Shown here one piece after another: positions 62,267 through 64,000 of a DNA stretch of 64,000 nt. A program made the position numbers and the translations under genes. Each line of letters begins with the position of its first letter. Positions within the stretch are counted from its first letter, which is position 1. Origin of the DNA: Octopus sinensis (Eukaryota). The stretch lies in the NCBI RefSeq assembly GCF_006345805.1, contig NC_043019.1:14631360-14695359 (forward strand). Reading direction: 5' to 3'. The notes beneath the pieces were generated by a model. It was given only the letters and a program-made list of their open reading frames with translations. It had not been told where the DNA came from and ran no database searches.

Positions 62267-63336
62267 TAGATAGATAGATAGATAGATATTTATGTATGTG
62301 TCTATTTATGTTTGACCCTGCCACCATTGCTTGACAACAAGCGTCGGTGTGTTTACGTCCCTGTAACTTAGCAGTTCAACAAAAGAGACTGATAGAATAA
62401 GTACCAGGCTTATAAAGAATAAGTCCTGGTGGTCGATTTCTCCAACTAAAGAAAACCCCTTTAAGACGATGCTCCAGCATGGCCACAGCCAACTGGCTGA
62501 AGCAGGTAAAAGAGTAAAAAGAGTAACAAAGGTAAATGGAGTCGAGTCTATGCCGCAAAGCATCTGGAGGAGGTGTCGCCTGGCCCCCGTGCCAGTGGCA
62601 CGTAAAAAGCACCATCCGACCGTGGCCGTTTGCCAGCCCCGTCTGGCCCCCTGTGCCGGTGGCACATAAAAAGCACCATCCGACCGTGGCCGTTTGCCAG
62701 CCTCATCTGGCACCTGTGCCGGTGGCACATAAAAAGCACCCACTACACTCACGGAGTGGTTGGCGTGAGGAAGGGCATCCAGCCGTAGAAACGTTGCCAG
62801 ATCAGACTGGGCCTGGTGCAGCCTCCTGGCTTCCCAGACCCCAGTTGAACCGTCCAACCCATGCTAGCATGGAGAGCAGATGCTAAATGATGATGATGAT
62901 GATGATGATGATGGGGGTGGGTATTAATAGAATTAAACTTACGATTTTATTCTGGAAGACGTGTGAATTTCGTCAGGTAACTTATCAGAGCGGACTTCTT
63001 TACTTTCAGCCCCGACTAACGAAATCTTTTGAGAAGGTAAGCTACCCAGCGAAGCCGTTGCCATTGCATCTTGCACCTCGGGCCTGCAACTGTTGTTCAT
63101 CTCGAATGTGTCCCAGCTTACAGCAGATGGGTTCATGCTGAACGCCGTAGGGGCCTTTAAACGTGGCAGTCCACTGTAAATATTTTCCAGCAGCTCAGTG
63201 GTTGGACGGTGGTGTTGGTGTTGCGGAGGAGGTACATTTAAGTCGTTAGTGTTCAAATGTAACGAAGAAGAAATTAATGGCTTCGGCTGAGAATTCTCCA
63301 AACTTGGTGCTTCTTGTTGAGCTGAATCTTCTGTTT
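4304..63336 (-). CDS. CEP350: Centrosome-associated protein 350-like gene, 3' portion (20 exons traced; 5' end outside the window)
   Basis: The spliced translation contains CEP350-type blocks recognised from memory of the family: [27 protein letters not shown]; [49 protein letters not shown]|AYDRYI..KPQIK; C-terminal [32 protein letters not shown] (DUF4378-like). GT-AG boundaries were checked by hand, and phases match at 18 of 19 junctions. Confidence 0.9.
5725..5818 (-). CDS. CEP350: CEP350-like exon, 94 nt ([31 protein letters not shown])
   Basis: ctctccttcatag|ACT...AATG|gtaagc; phase 0 to 1, which exactly bridges the flanking exons; absent from the ORF track. Confidence 0.85.
6345..7997 (+). 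mobile_element. CR1-clade LINE, 5'-truncated ORF2 (RT domain), antisense in a CEP350 intron
   Basis: [47 protein letters not shown]; in-frame TGA at 7492-7494; (ATT)-like tail near 7980. Confidence 0.9.
8279..10953 (-). CDS. CEP350: CEP350-like giant exon, 2675 nt, Ser/Pro/Glu-rich
   Basis: 907-aa ORF; atttcag|CC TTG acceptor and AAG|gtaaag donor; phase 1 to 0. Confidence 0.9.
11817..12195 (-). mobile_element. tRNA-derived SINE family B (head GTGGAGGCGCAATGGCCCAGTGGTTAGGGCAGCGGACTCG); partial copies at 1-225 and 47676-47986
   Basis: A box TGGCCCAGTGG and B-box-like GTTTCGATTCC; the 47676-47986 copy is flanked by a 15-bp TSD, AAAAACATTCAATAT. Confidence 0.8.
13263..13470 (-). CDS. CEP350: CEP350-like exon, 208 nt ([24 protein letters not shown])
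   Basis: ccactgcag|GCG, GAAG|gtacct; phase 0 to 1; continues the coiled coil from exon 21096-21256. Confidence 0.9.
13995..14740. repeat. Trinucleotide tract (GTA/GTG)n, (GCA), (ACA), (AAT), (GAT)n
   Basis: Read directly; explains the poly-Val/Pro/Leu pseudo-ORFs. Confidence 0.95.
15228..16070. repeat. About 100-bp compound satellite (about 8 units) built from ACAT/ATAT microsatellites
   Basis: Recurrent GCATGCATAATTATATATATGCCCATAC..CTCATTTATATACATCAC at about 96-100 bp spacing. Confidence 0.85.
16070..17700. repeat. (CA)/(TG)/(CATT)/(CT) microsatellite field with an internal ~277-bp tandem duplication (17095-17640)
   Basis: GCATATGTAAGCCTGCATG near 17279 and 17554; GAAGGAGAGATAAGGAG near 17103 and 17380. 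Confidence 0.85.
21096..21256 (-). CDS. CEP350: CEP350-like exon, 161 nt, conserved coiled coil
   Basis: [34 protein letters not shown]; ttgtgttgtag|AA, GAG|gtcagt; phase 1 to 0. Confidence 0.92.
21420..22155 (-). mobile_element. Penelope-like element 3' fragment: GIY-YIG endonuclease plus downstream pLTR-like region
   Basis: [64 protein letters not shown], the typical PLE endonuclease C-terminus. Confidence 0.85.
23407..23615 (-). CDS. CEP350: CEP350-like exon, 209 nt (..[23 protein letters not shown])
   Basis: aaaacag|G TCT, TCAG|gtaaga; phase 2 to 1; open frame. Confidence 0.85.
24224..24722 (-). mobile_element. RTE 3'UTR-derived short element with 5 tandem 67-bp hairpin units; related copies near 18725, 22425, 25200, 41215, 43095, 44445, 46600, 54080, 56480 and 62570
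   Basis: Shared GGTTGGCGTTAGGAAGGGCATCCAGC core, GCGGACGTTAAACGATGATG tail and GTGCCGGTGGCAC hairpin units. Confidence 0.8.
24803..25172 (-). CDS. CEP350: CEP350-like exon, 370 nt, Ser-rich
   Basis: tcttttcgacag|GT CAT, ATCAA|gtaaga; open only when read as phase 1 to 2. Confidence 0.82.
26235..26470 (+). mobile_element. CR1-like LINE 3' end with (ACTTA)n tail
   Basis: Encodes [30 protein letters not shown]; tail aacttaacttaacttaatttaact. Confidence 0.75.
26557..26761 (-). CDS. CEP350: CEP350-like exon, 205 nt ([29 protein letters not shown])
   Basis: cctactcattag|A AAC, GTC|gtgagt; phase 2 to 0; resembles the CEP350 coiled coil. Its end phase does not match the next exon (see findings). 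Confidence 0.7.
29898..30117. mobile_element. hAT (Charlie-like) MITE, 220 bp
   Basis: TIRs CAGTGCTTTTCAA / TTGAAAACCACTG; perfect 8-bp TSD ACCTAGAG at 29890-29897 and 30118-30125. Confidence 0.85.
34682..35100 (+). mobile_element. tRNA-derived SINE family A, full copy; about 15 copies in the window (e.g. 12369, 17886, 22900, 27075(-), 37440, 45171, 48768, 53615(-), 57600(-))
   Basis: Head GGCGTAGGAGTGGCTGTGTGGTAAG..GGTTCAGTCCC (A/B-box-like), central (TA)/(TG) microsatellite, tail (AAAGAGT)n. Confidence 0.85.
35820..36750. repeat. (GA)n / purine-rich microsatellite field
   Basis: Read directly from the sequence. Confidence 0.9.
36991..37330 (-). mobile_element. tRNA-derived SINE family C with 12-bp TSD
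   Basis: Head GTGAAGGCGCATGGCTCAGTGGTTAGAGCG..CTCGAATCCC, body TTGAGCAAGGCACTT; direct repeat CCGACACCAATA at 36979-36990 and 37331-37342. Confidence 0.8.
37603..40110. repeat. Near-identical tandem duplication, period about 1247 bp
   Basis: TGATGTCTGT at 37711 and 38958; AGGAAACCCC at 38701 and 39949. Confidence 0.9.
38502..38538 (+). ncRNA. Minimal hammerhead motif inside a 154-bp palindrome (mirror copy on the minus strand; duplicated near 39750)
   Basis: CTGT-CTGATGA-ACGGCAACGA-GAA-ACTCAGAGT-A-ACAG; weak stem II. Confidence 0.5.
40294..40375 (-). CDS. CEP350: CEP350-like exon, 82 nt ([17 protein letters not shown])
   Basis: tctcttctgtag|AT, ATTGA|gtaagt; phase 1 to 2. Confidence 0.8.
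40521..40940 (-). mobile_element. SINE family D (GGCGAGCTGGCAGAAACG head, GTCGACTTTGCCTTTCATCCTTTCGGGGTCGAT CORE-like body), body duplicated in tandem; other copies near 5110, 11040, 11230, 11570, 12865, 32085, 34480, 48355, 63365 and 63725
   Basis: Recurrent near-identical body sequence; B-box-like GAGTTCAAATTCC. Confidence 0.75.
41545..42003. repeat. (CA)/(CATA)/(CGCA) compound microsatellite
   Basis: Read directly from the sequence. Confidence 0.9.
42017..42053 (-). CDS. CEP350: CEP350-like small exon, 37 nt ([12 protein letters not shown])
   Basis: ttatttttacag|GAA, AAAA|gtaagt; phase 0 to 1, which is needed to join 45627 to 40375. Confidence 0.75.
42360..42918 (+). mobile_element. RTE LINE 3' end: ORF terminus, 3'UTR and (GAT)n tail
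   Basis: [25 protein letters not shown], paralogous to the ORF end at 1637, followed by hairpin units and the same tail. Confidence 0.8.
45627..45710 (-). CDS. CEP350: CEP350-like exon, 84 nt ([28 protein letters not shown])
   Basis: ttattttccag|GCT, AAG|gtgaac; phase 0 to 0. Confidence 0.8.
45801..46130. mobile_element. 330-bp MITE with about 84-bp terminal inverted repeats
   Basis: GGATCTTTTCACTTTGACCGGCAG...GTAGAATGT at 45801-45884 is complementary to 46048-46130. Confidence 0.8.
47044..47193 (-). CDS. CEP350: CEP350-like exon, 150 nt ([19 protein letters not shown])
   Basis: tgtttcaaacccag|CCA, ATG|gtaagt; phase 0 to 0. Confidence 0.8.
49959..50249. repeat. 14-bp minisatellite (GGCATGGGTCAGAY)n, about 20 units
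   Basis: Read directly from the sequence. Confidence 0.9.
51216..51331 (-). CDS. CEP350: CEP350-like exon, 116 nt
   Basis: aacttgcag|CC AGT, AAG|gtaaat; phase 1 to 0. Confidence 0.8.
51430..52910 (+). mobile_element. Decayed RTE LINE interrupted by a ~30-bp minisatellite and a nested second RTE 3' end (about 52190-52500)
   Basis: [27 protein letters not shown] at about 51540-51625; nested [28 protein letters not shown]; first element resumes near 52690 ([20 protein letters not shown]). Confidence 0.72.
53238..53350 (-). CDS. CEP350: CEP350-like exon, 113 nt
   Basis: aattctcag|C CAT, TCCG|gtaagt; phase 2 to 1; [17 protein letters not shown]. Confidence 0.82.
54751..54884 (-). CDS. CEP350: CEP350-like exon, 134 nt
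   Basis: tattttctctag|AAC, AAACG|gtgagt; phase 0 to 2. Confidence 0.82.
54935..55150. mobile_element. Tc1/mariner-type MITE; second copy at 25862-26084 in the opposite orientation
   Basis: TA|CGAGAGGGTGCTGAAAAGTTCCTGGCTT ... AAGCCAGGAACTTTTCAGCACCC inverted termini. Confidence 0.75.
55918..56154 (-). CDS. CEP350: CEP350-like exon, 237 nt
   Basis: ataatttcag|ACT, AAG|gtaaat; phase 0 to 0; [20 protein letters not shown]... Confidence 0.82.
57372..57551 (-). CDS. CEP350: CEP350-like exon, 180 nt (..[31 protein letters not shown])
   Basis: ctcctccaccag|TTT, CAG|gtaaga; phase 0 to 0; matches the CEP350 FSPAGL..SLAQQESVSLAQI motif. Confidence 0.88.
58914..59055 (-). CDS. CEP350: CEP350-like exon, 142 nt
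   Basis: gatatttcag|T GGA, CAG|gtgagg; phase 2 to 0; open frame. Confidence 0.8.
60303..60380 (-). CDS. CEP350: CEP350-like exon, 78 nt (PYSINPVIQ..)
   Basis: ttctgtctgcag|C CCG, CATG|gtaagt; phase 2 to 2. Confidence 0.78.
60802..61267 (+). mobile_element. Two adjacent piggyBac-type MITEs (60802-61022 and 61047-61267)
   Basis: Each is TTAA|CCCTTT...AAAGGG|TTAA, 221 bp, with near-identical internal sequence. Confidence 0.8.
61275..61465 (+). mobile_element. Degenerate RTE LINE 3' fragment
   Basis: [33 protein letters not shown]-like when read across frameshifts. Confidence 0.6.
61497..61815. mobile_element. Fold-back Tc1/mariner-type MITE, about 320 bp
   Basis: TA|CAGGGTGGAGTGAAAAT...ATTTTCACTCCACCCTA|TA; internal arms are also complementary (GCATTTACTCCCTCAAGCCCC / GGGGCTTGAGGGAGTAAATGC). 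Confidence 0.75.
62943..63336 (-). CDS. CEP350: CEP350-like exon, 394 nt (most 5' exon in the window)
   Basis: atgcattccag|AA ACA, AAATC|gtaagt; phase 1 to 2; overlaps ORF 62939-63301. Confidence 0.82.
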
Positions 63337-63628
63337 CTGGAATGCATATTAAAAGTATATTTCATAATCCTTTCTACTAAAGGCACAAGGCTTGAAAATT
63401 TCAGAGGGAGGGGTCGGGGGGTCTGGCTGATTACTCTGACCCCAGTGTGTAACTGGTACTTAATTTATAGACCTCAAAAGGATGAAAGGCAAAGTTGACC
63501 TCAAAGTTGAACCTAGAACGTGAAGGCAGACGAAACGCTGCCAAGCATTTCGTCTGGCTTGTTAACATTCTTGCCAACTTGCCACCCTAACAATATTATT
63601 ATTAGTAATAATAATAATAATTTTAAAA

Positions 63629-63707
<79 letters not shown>

Positions 63708-64000
63708 GTAATAATAATAATAATAATTTCTTTATAGCCCACAGGGAGCTAAACACAGAGGGGACAAACAAGGACAGACAAACGGATTAAGTCGATTATA
63801 TCAACCCCAGTGCGTAACTGGTACTCAATTTATCGACCCCCGAAAGGATGAAAGGCAAAGTCGACCTCGGCGGATTTTGAACTCAGAACATAACGGCAGA
63901 CGAAATACCGCTAAGCATTTCATCCAGCATGCTAACGATTCTGCCAGCTCAATAATAATAGTAATAACAAATAATAATTTCACCTGCTTTGTTGCATGTC

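Overview
AT-rich, repeat-dense animal genomic DNA; the repeat repertoire and the host gene suggest a coleoid cephalopod such as Octopus (inference). Almost the whole window is the 3' portion of one minus-strand gene, a CEP350/CAP350-like centrosomal scaffold gene. I traced 20 GT-AG exons from 63336 down to the stop codon at 4304-4306 (about 6.4 kb of CDS, about 2130 aa); the gene continues beyond the right edge. All junctions are phase-consistent except one (26557 to 25172). The introns hold RTE and CR1 LINE fragments, a Penelope-like GIY-YIG fragment, at least 4 SINE families, Helentron-like HINEs, hAT, mariner and piggyBac MITEs, and micro- and minisatellites. Most notable: (1) many minimal hammerhead-ribozyme motifs, several inside long palindromes and one in a tRNA-headed SINE-like element; (2) an RTE 3'UTR carrying a variable-number array of hairpin units, with satellites apparently born from RTE sequence; (3) no CAP-Gly domain in the traced exons of this CEP350; (4) a duplicated splice acceptor that creates a frame-restoring 23-nt microexon candidate. 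No database searches or folding programs were run; family assignments come from motif recognition.
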